A stretch of DNA of 56,450 nucleotides, taken from contig JBDKRC010000223.1 of the NCBI GenBank assembly GCA_039683575.1, positions 1 to 56,450 on the forward strand. Reading direction: 5' to 3'. Within the stretch, counting starts at the first letter, position 1; each line of letters opens with the position of its first letter. The DNA comes from Armatimonadia bacterium (GTDB taxonomy: Bacteria; Armatimonadota; Zipacnadia; Zipacnadales; UBA11051). Under the pieces are notes generated by a model. That model was not told the DNA's origin, searched no databases, and saw only the letters and a list, made by a program, of their open reading frames with translations. Of this stretch, positions 47,515-56,450 are shown in pieces. Both the position numbers and the translations under genes were made by a program.

Positions 47515-48501
47515 CTACTCGAACTCCTTCGCCACCTCAATGAAAGCTCGAATATTCTCCTCCGGCACTCCCCGGCAGAGCTCAACCAGCATCTGCGTCG
47601 CGCCTTCCTCCACCATCTCACGGTAGCGCTCTCTGATGCGCGCGGGTGTGGACAGCAGCATCTCACCTGAGGTCTTCATCTGCACCAGGAACGGTATGTG
47701 CAGGACCTCTCGGCAATCGCTGATAGACAGATAGGGATCGGTCCCGACATCTATGTATGTCCAGCCGCACTCCTGCAAAATCGCCAGGTGGGGCTTACGG
47801 AGCAGTTCCGTGTGGATTGAGAGGCTCTCGGCGCCGAAATGGCCGGCGATCTGCAGCATGTACTGAACGTCGAACTCATGGTAGAGATTCGGGCCCAGAA
47901 GCCCGCCATAGTCGTCGGTGAAGCCGATCGCGGAGACCTCGGTGACGCCATTGACCTCGTTTGCCAGTTGCCGCTGACGGATTGAGCTATCGGTGAGGGT
48001 CTGCAGGAAGCGGTGGGCCAGGTCCGGACGGTCCAGCAGGTCCATCAGAAAGCCCTCGCCGCGGAGCAGGACAGCGGTGGTGAAAGGGGCCTGGCTGCCG
48101 CCTGAGAAGCCTACTGAGACGTCTGCGGGCGCATGTTCACGCATATAGTGGTAGAAGTCGAGGGCTGCGGGGAAGTAGCCGGCATTCCGCATGTCCTCGG
48201 GCACCCGCAGTGCCGCCGCTTGCTCGATACTGCCGATCGGATGCCCCTTCGGCGCGGGCACCTGGTCCTCGAAAACCTCGAATTGCAGCCCGAAAACCGA
48301 GCCGGTCACGTAGGTCGTGAAGTCGGGAGCCACGCTCCGGTGCAGCGGGAGGCCATACTGCTCGTGGAGTATCTGAGGCCCCCGAAGCTGCACGTCCATC
48401 TGCACCGCCGGATCGCCGTGGTAGGCACTCATAGTGACGCCACAGTATTCGGTGTATACTTCCGATGGAACGGCGATAGACCAGGGAATACCTTGAGACA
48501 T
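47515..48501 (-). CDS. uroporphyrinogen decarboxylase/MtaA-CmuA superfamily protein (divergent)
   Basis: QAPFTTAVLLRGEGFLMDL..PD.AH, TDD..GLLGP..Y.EF, VPEENIRAF. Confidence 0.78.
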   Translation of the reverse strand: MSQGIPWSIAVPSEVYTEYCGVTMSAYHGDPAVQMDVQLRGPQILHEQYGLPLHRSVAPDFTTYVTGSVFGLQFEVFEDQVPAPKGHPIGSIEQAAALRVPEDMRNAGYFPAALDFYHYMREHAPADVSVGFSGGSQAPFTTAVLLRGEGFLMDLLDRPDLAHRFLQTLTDSSIRQRQLANEVNGVTEVSAIGFTDDYGGLLGPNLYHEFDVQYMLQIAGHFGAESLSIHTELLRKPHLAILQECGWTYIDVGTDPYLSISDCREVLHIPFLVQMKTSGEMLLSTPARIRERYREMVEEGATQMLVELCRGVPEENIRAFIEVAKEFE

Positions 48502-48551
48502 TGCGCCCTCCCGGAATGTAAACATCCACTTACCCAGAACCCCGGTTCGGG

Positions 48552-48581
48552 TTGACAGCCAGCCCGACCTGTCGGTATACT
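48552..48581 (+). promoter_or_regulatory. sigma70-type promoter of the nuo operon
   Basis: TTGACA-18 nt-TATACT. Confidence 0.75.
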
Positions 48582-48697
48582 TACCCCTGTCACACTGGCG
48601 GACCCTCGTGGGCCTGCTGCCCCTACCCGACCCGACGTTCCCGTCGTATTCCCTGCTTCGGCCCGACCCTCCTCTGGTCGCGCTATGGAGACGTTTT

Positions 48698-49075
48698 ATG
48701 GCGCTTACCTACGGCCCTGTCGCCGTTATCGCGGTCTTTGCCACAGTCCTCGCGGTCGCCTCTCTGGTGATCGCCTGGCTGATTCGGCCCCACGACCCAT
48801 ACCCCGAGAAACAGTCCATCTACGAATGCGGCATGCCGCCCATCGGTGAGGCCTGGGGGCAGTTCTACGTCCGCTACTACCTCATCGCGCTCGTATTCGT
48901 AGTCTTCGACGTCGAGGCGATCTTTCTCTTTCCGTGGGCCACTGTCTTCAAGACGCTCAGCAAGCCCGAGATGATGGGCTACCTGCCGACGGTTGAGGTG
49001 GGCATTTTCATCGCGATCCTGCTGGTGGGGCTGGCGTATGTCTGGCGGAAGGGGGATCTCGAATGGACCCGCTAG
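48698..49075 (+). CDS. nuoA: NADH-quinone oxidoreductase subunit A
   Basis: [24 protein letters not shown]. Confidence 0.96.
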   Translation: MALTYGPVAVIAVFATVLAVASLVIAWLIRPHDPYPEKQSIYECGMPPIGEAWGQFYVRYYLIALVFVVFDVEAIFLFPWATVFKTLSKPEMMGYLPTVEVGIFIAILLVGLAYVWRKGDLEWTR

Positions 49076-49791
49076 ATTTCAACGTACGCGAGCGCGCCGA
49101 AGAGAAGATCACGGACATCAACCGGCGGATTGACGAGAAGCTCGAAGAGATCCGCGATGTTAACCTGTACGAGAAGCTGAAGCTGGAGCGCCTGGAGAAG
49201 TACCAACTGCAGGAGCCCGTCCGCTGCATGGCCCGGCGGTTCCACGAGAACCCCTTCATGGTCAAGTTTTTCAGCATCGTTGACCATGTCACCAACGTCG
49301 CGCGGGCCTGTTCGCTGTGGCCGATGCAGTTTGGCCTGGCCTGCTGCGCCATCGAAATGATGGCCACCAACGCCTCACGCTACGATTTGGACCGTTTCGG
49401 CATCATTCCCCGGTCCACGCCCCGGCAGAGCGACCTGATGATCGTCGCGGGGACCCTGTCCGTGAAAATGGCGCCGGTGCTCGAGCAGCTCTACCATCAG
49501 ATGCCCGAGCCGCGCTACGTACTGGCCATGGGCAGTTGCGCAGTGTGCGGCGGCCGCTTCTATCAGCATGCTTACAGCGTCGTGAAGGGTGTGGAGCGCG
49601 TCGTGCCGGTGGACGTATACGTACCGGGATGCCCCCCACGCCCCGAACAGCTTATTGACGGCCTGCTGGCCCTGCACAAGAAGATGCGCGGCGAATCCGT
49701 CATGGATGCGCCCGTCGTTCATGGTGAGAAGGCCGTGGGAGCCGGCGTGCGCCGCATCATCACGCCGACGCACCCTGAGGAGATCGTTTAG
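49063..49791 (+). CDS. nuoB: NADH-quinone oxidoreductase subunit B
   Basis: [29 protein letters not shown]. Confidence 0.96.
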   Translation: MDPLDFNVRERAEEKITDINRRIDEKLEEIRDVNLYEKLKLERLEKYQLQEPVRCMARRFHENPFMVKFFSIVDHVTNVARACSLWPMQFGLACCAIEMMATNASRYDLDRFGIIPRSTPRQSDLMIVAGTLSVKMAPVLEQLYHQMPEPRYVLAMGSCAVCGGRFYQHAYSVVKGVERVVPVDVYVPGCPPRPEQLIDGLLALHKKMRGESVMDAPVVHGEKAVGAGVRRIITPTHPEEIV

Positions 49792-50256
49792 GTGCCTGAG
49801 GAGATTCGCCTCGAAACCACGCCGGAAGAGCTTCCGGAGTTCATTCAGGCGCTGCGCGAGAAGGAACTCGCGGAGCAGCATGGCTTCTGCGACGCCACGG
49901 CGGTGGAACGCGAGGACACACTTGAGATCGTGTACCGCTTCTCCCTCATAGCACGTCCCGTGCAAGTCAGCGTGCACACCCAGGTCCCGAAGGCCAAGCC
50001 GGTGGTGCCGACCCTGACGCACCTGTACAAGGGCCTGCTATGGGCCGAGCGTGAGATGGCCGAGATGTTCGGGATCACCTTCACCGACCACCCCGACCCG
50101 CGGCATCTGCTCCTGCCAGACGACTGGCAGGGCTACCCGCTACGCAAAGATTATGTATACCCGCTGGATCACCCATACCTGGCACCGGACCCGCTGCATG
50201 AGGATCCGATGAAGGCGCTTTGTCCGCCAGGCCAAGTGGGCGATGAGAATCAATGA
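49792..50256 (+). CDS. nuoC: NADH-quinone oxidoreductase subunit C
   Basis: WAEREMAEMFGI, HPD, GYPLRKDY. Confidence 0.93.
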   Translation: MPEEIRLETTPEELPEFIQALREKELAEQHGFCDATAVEREDTLEIVYRFSLIARPVQVSVHTQVPKAKPVVPTLTHLYKGLLWAEREMAEMFGITFTDHPDPRHLLLPDDWQGYPLRKDYVYPLDHPYLAPDPLHEDPMKALCPPGQVGDENQ

Positions 50257-50259
50257 GAC

Positions 50260-50326
50260 GTCATTCTGAGCGAAGCGAAGAATCTCGGCGGCGTGCCAGG
50301 TGATTCTTCGCTTCGCTCAGAATGAC
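50260..50326. repeat. GTCAT-type REP-like perfect inverted repeat
   Basis: 25-bp perfect arms gtcattctgagcgaagcgaagaatc / gattcttcgcttcgctcagaatgac, 17-nt loop. Confidence 0.9.
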
Positions 50327-50340
50327 AGACCCTGGCTACC

Positions 50341-51453
50341 ATGACAGAATTCACCCCCGGCACATCCGAAGAGCGTCTGGTCAACATGGGCCCTCAGCAC
50401 CCGTCTACTCACGGGGTGCTGCGCGTGGCTCTGCGGCTGGATGGCGAGAAGGTGCTCGGCGCTGACCCGGACATCGGCTATCTGCACTCCTCGATGGAGA
50501 AGATCGCCGAGAAGCTCGAATACCGCCAGTATGTGAGCTACAGCGACCGCTTCGACTATCTCAACGCCATGGGCAACGAGTTTTGCTATGTGCGGGCGGT
50601 TGAGAGGTTGCTGGGCGTCGAGGTAACGCCCCGGTGCGAGCATATCCGCGTCATCATGGCCGAATTGAACCGTATCGCGAGCCACCTGCTCTACTTTGGC
50701 GCGATAAGCCTTGATACTGGCGCGACGACCCCTTTCCTGCACACCTTCCGCGAGCGCGAACTCTGCCTCGACCTGTTTGAGTGGGCCTCGGGGCAGCGGC
50801 TGCTATATCACTACTTCCGCATCGGCGGCCTCCGCAACGACCTGCCGGACGGCTGGGCGGACAAGCTCTACCAGGTTCTCGACCTGCTGCCGCAGCGCTT
50901 CGAGGAGTATGACGACCTGCTGACGCGCAACCGGATCTTCGTTGGCCGCACCCGTGATGTCGGGGCGGTATCGGCCGACCAGGCGCTGTCCTATGGCCTA
51001 ACCGGCCCCAGCTTGCGCGCCTGTGGCGTGCCGTATGACCTGCGCAAGCTCGACGGCTACAGCATCTACCCTGAACTCGAGTTCGAAGTCTGCGTGGAGC
51101 AGGGCGGGGACTGCTATTCCCGGCATCTGGTCCGCACGCGGGAACTGCGCGAGAGTGTGAAGCTCATCCGCCAGGCGCTGGATAAGCTGCCTGAGGGCGA
51201 GGTCAATGTGCCCCTGCCCCGCAAGCTCAAGCCCGAGCCGGGCGAGGTCTACGAGCGCGTCGAGTCACCGCGTGGCGAAGTCGCGTGCTACCTGGTAAGC
51301 GACGGCAGCGAAAAGCCGTGGCGAATGCACTGGCGCGGCCCCTCGTTCTACAACCTGTCGGCGCTGGACCTGATGTGCACCGGCCACTGGATGGCCGATG
51401 TGGTAGCGATTATCGCAAGTACCGATATTGTGCTGGCGGACGTGGACCGGTAG
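50341..51453 (+). CDS. nuoD: NADH-quinone oxidoreductase subunit D
   Basis: NMGPQHPSTHGVLR, DRFDY, ELNRIASH, ESPRGE, terminal DVDR; no NiFe CxxC motifs. Confidence 0.96.
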   Translation: MTEFTPGTSEERLVNMGPQHPSTHGVLRVALRLDGEKVLGADPDIGYLHSSMEKIAEKLEYRQYVSYSDRFDYLNAMGNEFCYVRAVERLLGVEVTPRCEHIRVIMAELNRIASHLLYFGAISLDTGATTPFLHTFRERELCLDLFEWASGQRLLYHYFRIGGLRNDLPDGWADKLYQVLDLLPQRFEEYDDLLTRNRIFVGRTRDVGAVSADQALSYGLTGPSLRACGVPYDLRKLDGYSIYPELEFEVCVEQGGDCYSRHLVRTRELRESVKLIRQALDKLPEGEVNVPLPRKLKPEPGEVYERVESPRGEVACYLVSDGSEKPWRMHWRGPSFYNLSALDLMCTGHWMADVVAIIASTDIVLADVDR

Positions 51454-51481
51454 GCCCCTCCACCGCAAGCTCTAGATTGCC

Positions 51482-52579
51482 ATGATCAACTTCCTCCAAA
51501 ACACGGGCGCTGCCCTCAAAGACTGGTTCATCGCCCTCCTCAATGGTTGGGGAGTGCCGGATGAATGGTCGCGGCTCATTGGCGACATCTTTGCCTGGGC
51601 CATCGGCGCCGCGTGGGGCATCATCGTCATCATGCTGGCCGCGCTCGTGTTCATCTACCTTGAGCGCAAGGTAGCCGGTTACATCCAGAGCCGTCTCGGC
51701 CCTACGCGCTGCGGGCCTGCGGGCATTTTCCAGTCTTTCCCGGACGCGCTGAAGCTGCTTCTGAAGGAAGACATCGTCCCCGAGGATGCGGACAAGCTGC
51801 TGCACCTCCTCGGACCTATCGCCTTCTTCATCGCCGGGACGCTGGCGTTCATCGTGATCCCCTGGGATCAAGGCAAAACCACCGCGCTGGGTGTAGACCT
51901 CAACATTGGCGTATTGTTTGTGACGGGCGTGGGCTCGCTCACTATGGCCGGGATCATCATGGGTGGCTGGGGCTCCAACAACAAGTGGTCGCTGCTCGGC
52001 GCCATCCGTGGCGCGGCCCAGATGATCTCGTACGAGGTCCCGATGCTGCTGGCACTGCTTTGCATCGTGATGCAGGCCCAGACGATGTCGCTCACCGGTA
52101 TCGTCGAGAACCAGCACGGCGGCCTGTTCTCGTGGAATGTGATACGCCCGTGGCTGTGGCTGCCGATGGTGCTGTACGCCATCTCTGCCGTCGCCGAGGT
52201 CAACCGCACCCCGTTCGACCTGCCTGAAGCCGAGAGCGAGCTGGTGTCCGGCTATCACACCGAGTACTCCGGCATGAAGTTCGCCCTCTTCTTCCTGGGC
52301 GAGTATGGCAACACGTACCTGGTCGCTATCATATTCACTGTGCTCTTTCTGGGCGGCTGGCAGTCGCCGTTTGGCAACCCCGATCCGCTGCATCTGCCGG
52401 GGGTTCTGTGGCTACTGGGCAAGTCATTCGCCATCGTCTTGGTCATGATGTGGATCCGCTGGACGCTCCCACGGCTGCGCGTAGACCAACTCATGGGGCT
52501 GGCGTGGAAGCTGCTCATCCCGGCGGGCTTCCTCTCGCTGGCAGTCATGACGGCTGTGATATTGCTGGGGTGGGCGTAG
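51482..52579 (+). CDS. nuoH: NADH-quinone oxidoreductase subunit H
   Basis: ERK..G.IQ.RLGP, ISYE, NRTPFDLPEAESELV.GY.TEYSG, PRLRVDQ. Confidence 0.97.
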   Translation: MINFLQNTGAALKDWFIALLNGWGVPDEWSRLIGDIFAWAIGAAWGIIVIMLAALVFIYLERKVAGYIQSRLGPTRCGPAGIFQSFPDALKLLLKEDIVPEDADKLLHLLGPIAFFIAGTLAFIVIPWDQGKTTALGVDLNIGVLFVTGVGSLTMAGIIMGGWGSNNKWSLLGAIRGAAQMISYEVPMLLALLCIVMQAQTMSLTGIVENQHGGLFSWNVIRPWLWLPMVLYAISAVAEVNRTPFDLPEAESELVSGYHTEYSGMKFALFFLGEYGNTYLVAIIFTVLFLGGWQSPFGNPDPLHLPGVLWLLGKSFAIVLVMMWIRWTLPRLRVDQLMGLAWKLLIPAGFLSLAVMTAVILLGWA

Positions 52580-52606
52580 TTACTGACGTCTGAGTCTGAT
52601 CATCCA

Positions 52607-53167
52607 ATGCCTGAAACCACTCGCCGACCACAATCTGCCTGGGAACTACTCACCGACATCGTCGGCGGGGTAGTCAGTGTCATCAAGGGACACGGCGTCA
52701 CCCTCAAGAACCTCTTTCGCAAGAAGGTGACCGACCAGTACCCGTACCGGCATCACCCCGAACTCGAGTGGCATCCCCAGCCGGGCTATCGCGGCGATTT
52801 CGCACTGATCGCCGATGCCGAGCGTCCCGGCGGCACCCGCTGCATCGGCTGCATGGCCTGCGCCAACACCTGCCCCGTTGTAGCCATTCATATCTGCGCC
52901 GAGGGGAAGGGCAAGGAGCGCCACCCGCAGCAGTTTTACATTGATGCCGGTTTGTGCATGTACTGCTGGATGTGCGTCGAGGCCTGCCCGGTCGGAGCTT
53001 TGACGATGACGCGGGACTATCACAACGTGGAATACACGCCCGACAAGCTGATTCGGGACCTCGACGACCTCAAGCGCCGCGGCGAGGGCATTGCCGAGCC
53101 GGAAGTGCCCGTGCCCGCGGACAAGACCAGCATGGCCAGTGCCAGGAAGAAGCCGGCGGCCGAGTAA
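52607..53167 (+). CDS. nuoI: NADH-quinone oxidoreductase subunit I
   Basis: two CxxCxxCxxxCP motifs; position in operon. Confidence 0.93.
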   Translation: MPETTRRPQSAWELLTDIVGGVVSVIKGHGVTLKNLFRKKVTDQYPYRHHPELEWHPQPGYRGDFALIADAERPGGTRCIGCMACANTCPVVAIHICAEGKGKERHPQQFYIDAGLCMYCWMCVEACPVGALTMTRDYHNVEYTPDKLIRDLDDLKRRGEGIAEPEVPVPADKTSMASARKKPAAE

Positions 53168-53169
53168 CC

Positions 53170-53706
53170 ATGTACGGAATACCAGCCACAACCTTAGTTG
53201 AATATGCCGCCTTCCTGAGCGTGGCCGCACTGACGCTGCTTGGCGGCCTCGGCGCGGTGGTCTCGCGGCGCGTCTTCCCTGCCTGTCTGTGGCTGCTCCT
53301 GAGCCTGCTGGGCATCGCGGGGATGTATGCCCTGCTGGCAGGTCATCTCATGGTCGCGGTCCAGATTCTGGTCTATGCCGGGGCCATCACCGTACTCATC
53401 ATCTTCGCCGTGATGCTGCTGCAGCGTGCTACCGGCCGCATCATCATGGCCGAGAACCAGCATCTAATTGGCGGCGTCATCGCTGCGGGCTTCATGGCCC
53501 TGCTCATCATCGTGGGAGTGCTCACCGCGCGCTTCGAGCCGGTGCACATCCCCGAGGGTCCCACGGAATTCGCCGGTCAGAACGTGCAGCTTATCGGCCA
53601 CCTGCTCATGACCCAGTATCTGCTTCCCTTCGAGGTAGTGTCAGTGGTCCTGTTGGCCGCGCTGGTAGGCGCGATGGTACTGGCCCGAAGGGAGCCGGAC
53701 GAATGA
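53170..53706 (+). CDS. nuoJ: NADH-quinone oxidoreductase subunit J
   Basis: QILVYAGAITVL, YLLPFEVVSVVLL. Confidence 0.94.
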   Translation: MYGIPATTLVEYAAFLSVAALTLLGGLGAVVSRRVFPACLWLLLSLLGIAGMYALLAGHLMVAVQILVYAGAITVLIIFAVMLLQRATGRIIMAENQHLIGGVIAAGFMALLIIVGVLTARFEPVHIPEGPTEFAGQNVQLIGHLLMTQYLLPFEVVSVVLLAALVGAMVLARREPDE

Positions 53707-54032
53707 ACCCGGTCCCGCTACAAGCCTGGCTGATCGTCTCAGGCCTGCTTTTCTCGCTCGGCCTGTTCGCCGTCATGACCCGCCGCCACGGCGTCGCGGT
53801 CCTGATTGGCATCGAGCTGATGCTCAACGCCGCCAACATCAACCTGGTAGCCTTCAGCCACTACCTCTCCCCCAACGGGCAGATCAACACAGTGCTCGAC
53901 GGCCAGATCTTTGCACTCATGGTCATCGCCCTCGCAGCCTGTGAAGTGGCCGTAGGCCTTGCCATTATCCTGCGCCTCTACTGGACCAAGGGCATCATGA
54001 ACCCGGACGACGCCAGCGAGATGAAGTGGTAA
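53703..54032 (+). CDS. nuoK: NADH-quinone oxidoreductase subunit K
   Basis: IELMLNAANINLVAF, AACEVAVGLAI. Confidence 0.96.
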   Translation: MNPVPLQAWLIVSGLLFSLGLFAVMTRRHGVAVLIGIELMLNAANINLVAFSHYLSPNGQINTVLDGQIFALMVIALAACEVAVGLAIILRLYWTKGIMNPDDASEMKW

Positions 54033-54037
54033 GAAAC

Positions 54038-54193
54038 GGCGTTGATGGTTGATCGCTGATAGTTGATGGTAAAGGCGGGACAACGTACCTCGCCAAGCGT
54101 TCAACGATCGCCGCTCAACGCTCCGCTTTGCCTGACCCGACACGCTCGTCGACTGCCGTTACTATCAACCATCAACGATCAACCATAAACGCC
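54038..54193. repeat. inverted pair of heptamer tandem arrays between nuoK and nuoL
   Basis: ggc gttgatg gttgatc gctgata gttgatg gtaaaggcgg versus ctgccgttac tatcaac catcaac gatcaac cataaac gcc. Confidence 0.8.
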
Positions 54194-54198
54194 TCCCT

Positions 54199-56295
54199 AT
54201 GCTCGAACTAGCCTGGCTCATCCCAATCATTCCCTACCTCGCGGCTGCCGTGCTGATCTTCTTCGGCAGCAGCCTGCGCGACCGCCTGGGCGACCGAGTC
54301 GGCTGGGTTGGCGTGGCCGGCATTGCGGCGACCATTCCGCTGGCCATTGGCTGTCTCGTCGAGCTGCTCATGGGCGTTGCGCCCGTGGACCATACGACGA
54401 TCTGGGCCAACGTCGGCAGCCGCGCGATCAGTGTCGGCTATGCCGTGGACCCGCTGGCTGCCGTGATGCTTGTGATGGTCAGCATCGTCGCCACCTGCAT
54501 TCAGATCTACTCGATGGGCTACATGCACGGCGACACGCGTTACCAGCGCTTCTTCGCCTATCTGTCGCTGTTCTGCGGTTCGATGTACCTGATCGTGCTG
54601 TCGAACAACTTCATCATGCTCTACGCCGGTTGGGAACTGGTGGGGCTCTGCTCGTACCTGCTCATCGGCTTCTGGTTCGAGCGCCCCTCGGCCTACCGCG
54701 CCGCCATGAAGGCCTTCATCACCACCCGCATCGGTGACGTCGGCTTCGCCATCGGCATCCTGATCCTCTTCATGTACGTCCCCGAACTGCACTTTGCCCG
54801 CGTCTTCGCCGCTATCGGCGAGGGCGTCATCCCGCCGCTCATGCTCGGACTGGCCGCGTTGTTCCTGTTCTGCGGCGCCATCGGCAAGAGCGCACAGTTC
54901 CCCTTGCATACATGGCTTCCTGACGCCATGGAGGGCCCCACGCCCGTCTCAGCGCTCATTCACGCCGCCACCATGGTTGCCGCCGGTGTCTACATGGTCG
55001 CGCGGCTGTTCACGATCTTCCACACCCCAGGCCTTGAGGCTCATGGCCCGCTCTGGGCGCCGCTGCTGTTTACCCCGCTGACCTGGGTCGCCATCATCGG
55101 CCTGATCACCGCCCTGCTCGCCGCCACCATGGGTGTCGTGCAGCATGACATCAAGCGCGTGCTGGCCTACTCGACCATCTCGCAGCTTGGCTTCATGATG
55201 GTTGCCATGGGCATGGGTGTGGCGGGGATGGTCGCAGGGATGTTCCACCTCATCACCCATGCTTTCTTCAAGGCCCTGCTCTTCCTGGGCTCCGGCAGCG
55301 TCATCCACTGCTGCTCCGAAGAGCAGAACATGTGGGAGATGGGCGGCCTGGCCAAGAAGGCCCCGATCACCTACTGGACCTTCTGGATCGGCACCCTGGC
55401 CCTCGCGGGCATCTTTCCCTTCGCCGGGTTCTTCTCGAAGGACGAGATTCTCAGCGCCGCTTTCAACAACATTCAGACCAGCGGCCTGTACTGGGTCTTC
55501 TTCGTCGGGCTTGAGGTCGCCGCGTTCATGACGGCCTTCTACATGGGCCGCGCCTGCTTCCTGACCTTCAGCGGCACGCCGCGCAGCCCCAAGGCCGCGC
55601 ACGCCCACGAGAGCCCCAGGCTCATGACCACGCCGCTGATCGTGCTGGCCATCTTCGCCCTGTTTCTCGGCTGGATCGGCTCGCCCTGGGTCGGCGGGAA
55701 CCTGTTCGGGAAGTTCATCGGAGCGGCCGCTGAGGCCCATGGCGCGGCTGCAGCCCATGGCGGCGAACATGGCTTCAACTGGACCGTCGCCGGCATCTCA
55801 ACGCTGATGGCCCTGCTCGGCCTCGGCCTCTCCGCGCTCATCTACCGCGTGGGGCTTGTCTCGGTCAACTGGCTCAAGTACCCCGCCTACCCGCTCTACT
55901 ACGCCGCCAAGCATAAGTTCTGGTTCGATGACCTCTACGAGGGCGTCATCGTCCGGTTGGTACTCCTGATCACGGTCGTCCTGCGCTGGATTGACACCAA
56001 CATCGTGGATGGCGTGGTCAACCTGATCGGTTGGGGCGTACGGGTGATGGTCGCGATGGTCTGCGCCTTCATCGACAAGTGGATCATCGACGGCGCCGTG
56101 AACCTCGTCGGCTGGGTAACCAAGCAGGCCGGGGAGCTCGGCAGCCGCCTGCAGACAGGCCGCGTTCAGGAGTACATCTCCGGTCTCGTCTTCATCGCCT
56201 GCGCGGTCGCAGCGGCGATGTACCTAGTAATCCTGGCGTGGCCGGCCGTGCAGCCGCTCGTGGCGCCATACTTCGGCCACTGGTTCGGCGGTTAA
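54199..56295 (+). CDS. nuoL: NADH-quinone oxidoreductase subunit L
   Basis: GWELVGLCSYLLIGFW, GKSAQFPLHTWLPDAMEGPTPVSALIHAATMV, HAFFKALLFL. Confidence 0.97.
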   Translation: MLELAWLIPIIPYLAAAVLIFFGSSLRDRLGDRVGWVGVAGIAATIPLAIGCLVELLMGVAPVDHTTIWANVGSRAISVGYAVDPLAAVMLVMVSIVATCIQIYSMGYMHGDTRYQRFFAYLSLFCGSMYLIVLSNNFIMLYAGWELVGLCSYLLIGFWFERPSAYRAAMKAFITTRIGDVGFAIGILILFMYVPELHFARVFAAIGEGVIPPLMLGLAALFLFCGAIGKSAQFPLHTWLPDAMEGPTPVSALIHAATMVAAGVYMVARLFTIFHTPGLEAHGPLWAPLLFTPLTWVAIIGLITALLAATMGVVQHDIKRVLAYSTISQLGFMMVAMGMGVAGMVAGMFHLITHAFFKALLFLGSGSVIHCCSEEQNMWEMGGLAKKAPITYWTFWIGTLALAGIFPFAGFFSKDEILSAAFNNIQTSGLYWVFFVGLEVAAFMTAFYMGRACFLTFSGTPRSPKAAHAHESPRLMTTPLIVLAIFALFLGWIGSPWVGGNLFGKFIGAAAEAHGAAAAHGGEHGFNWTVAGISTLMALLGLGLSALIYRVGLVSVNWLKYPAYPLYYAAKHKFWFDDLYEGVIVRLVLLITVVLRWIDTNIVDGVVNLIGWGVRVMVAMVCAFIDKWIIDGAVNLVGWVTKQAGELGSRLQTGRVQEYISGLVFIACAVAAAMYLVILAWPAVQPLVAPYFGHWFGG

Positions 56296-56450
56296 GCACC
56301 TTGAACCAGTAGCGCGGGCAGCTCGCCAGTAGTGTCTCATAAAAACTTGGGGGAGAAAGAGGGGTGGGAGAGCTCCGGCAAGAAGTGATTGTTACCAGAC
56401 AACCTTCTGTGGAGGCTCTCCCGATGGCTCATTTCTCCGCCCGCCGCGGT

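Noticed and set aside
50341-51453. Group 4 NiFe hydrogenase large subunit
   Set aside because: No CxxC metal ligands; C-terminus DVDR is NuoD-type

Overview
GC-rich bacterial chromosomal window from a diderm (LptF/G present) with Terrabacteria-like traits (CIRCE operator, sigmaH-like promoters, stalk-domain L,D-transpeptidase); an Armatimonadota-like host is my inference only. Contents in order: an NnrS-like membrane protein; five minus-strand genes for predicted exported proteins (three HEAT-repeat proteins, two with Ala-Pro linkers, a helical-repeat protein, and a PHP-fold protein lacking its metal ligands); nif3/mpg/isomerase/ade/zinc-ribbon/nif3; a perfect CIRCE before an FmdB/Ruc-like zinc-ribbon gene; an ECF sigma/anti-sigma pair; a G-skewed carbohydrate-processing locus with large secreted GH-like proteins and UROD-family genes; guaA-hpt-rho, thyA-like, ldt, acpS, lptF/G; five tRNAs; a GH20-like gene; and nuoABCDHIJKL without nuoEFG. 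Three families of short palindromic repeats occur. One GTAG-type REP copy is translated in frame inside a 1283-aa gene, and heptamer inverted repeats bracket acpS. All protein calls come from motif recognition by eye, not database searches. Many starts were moved downstream of the ORF track using RBS context.
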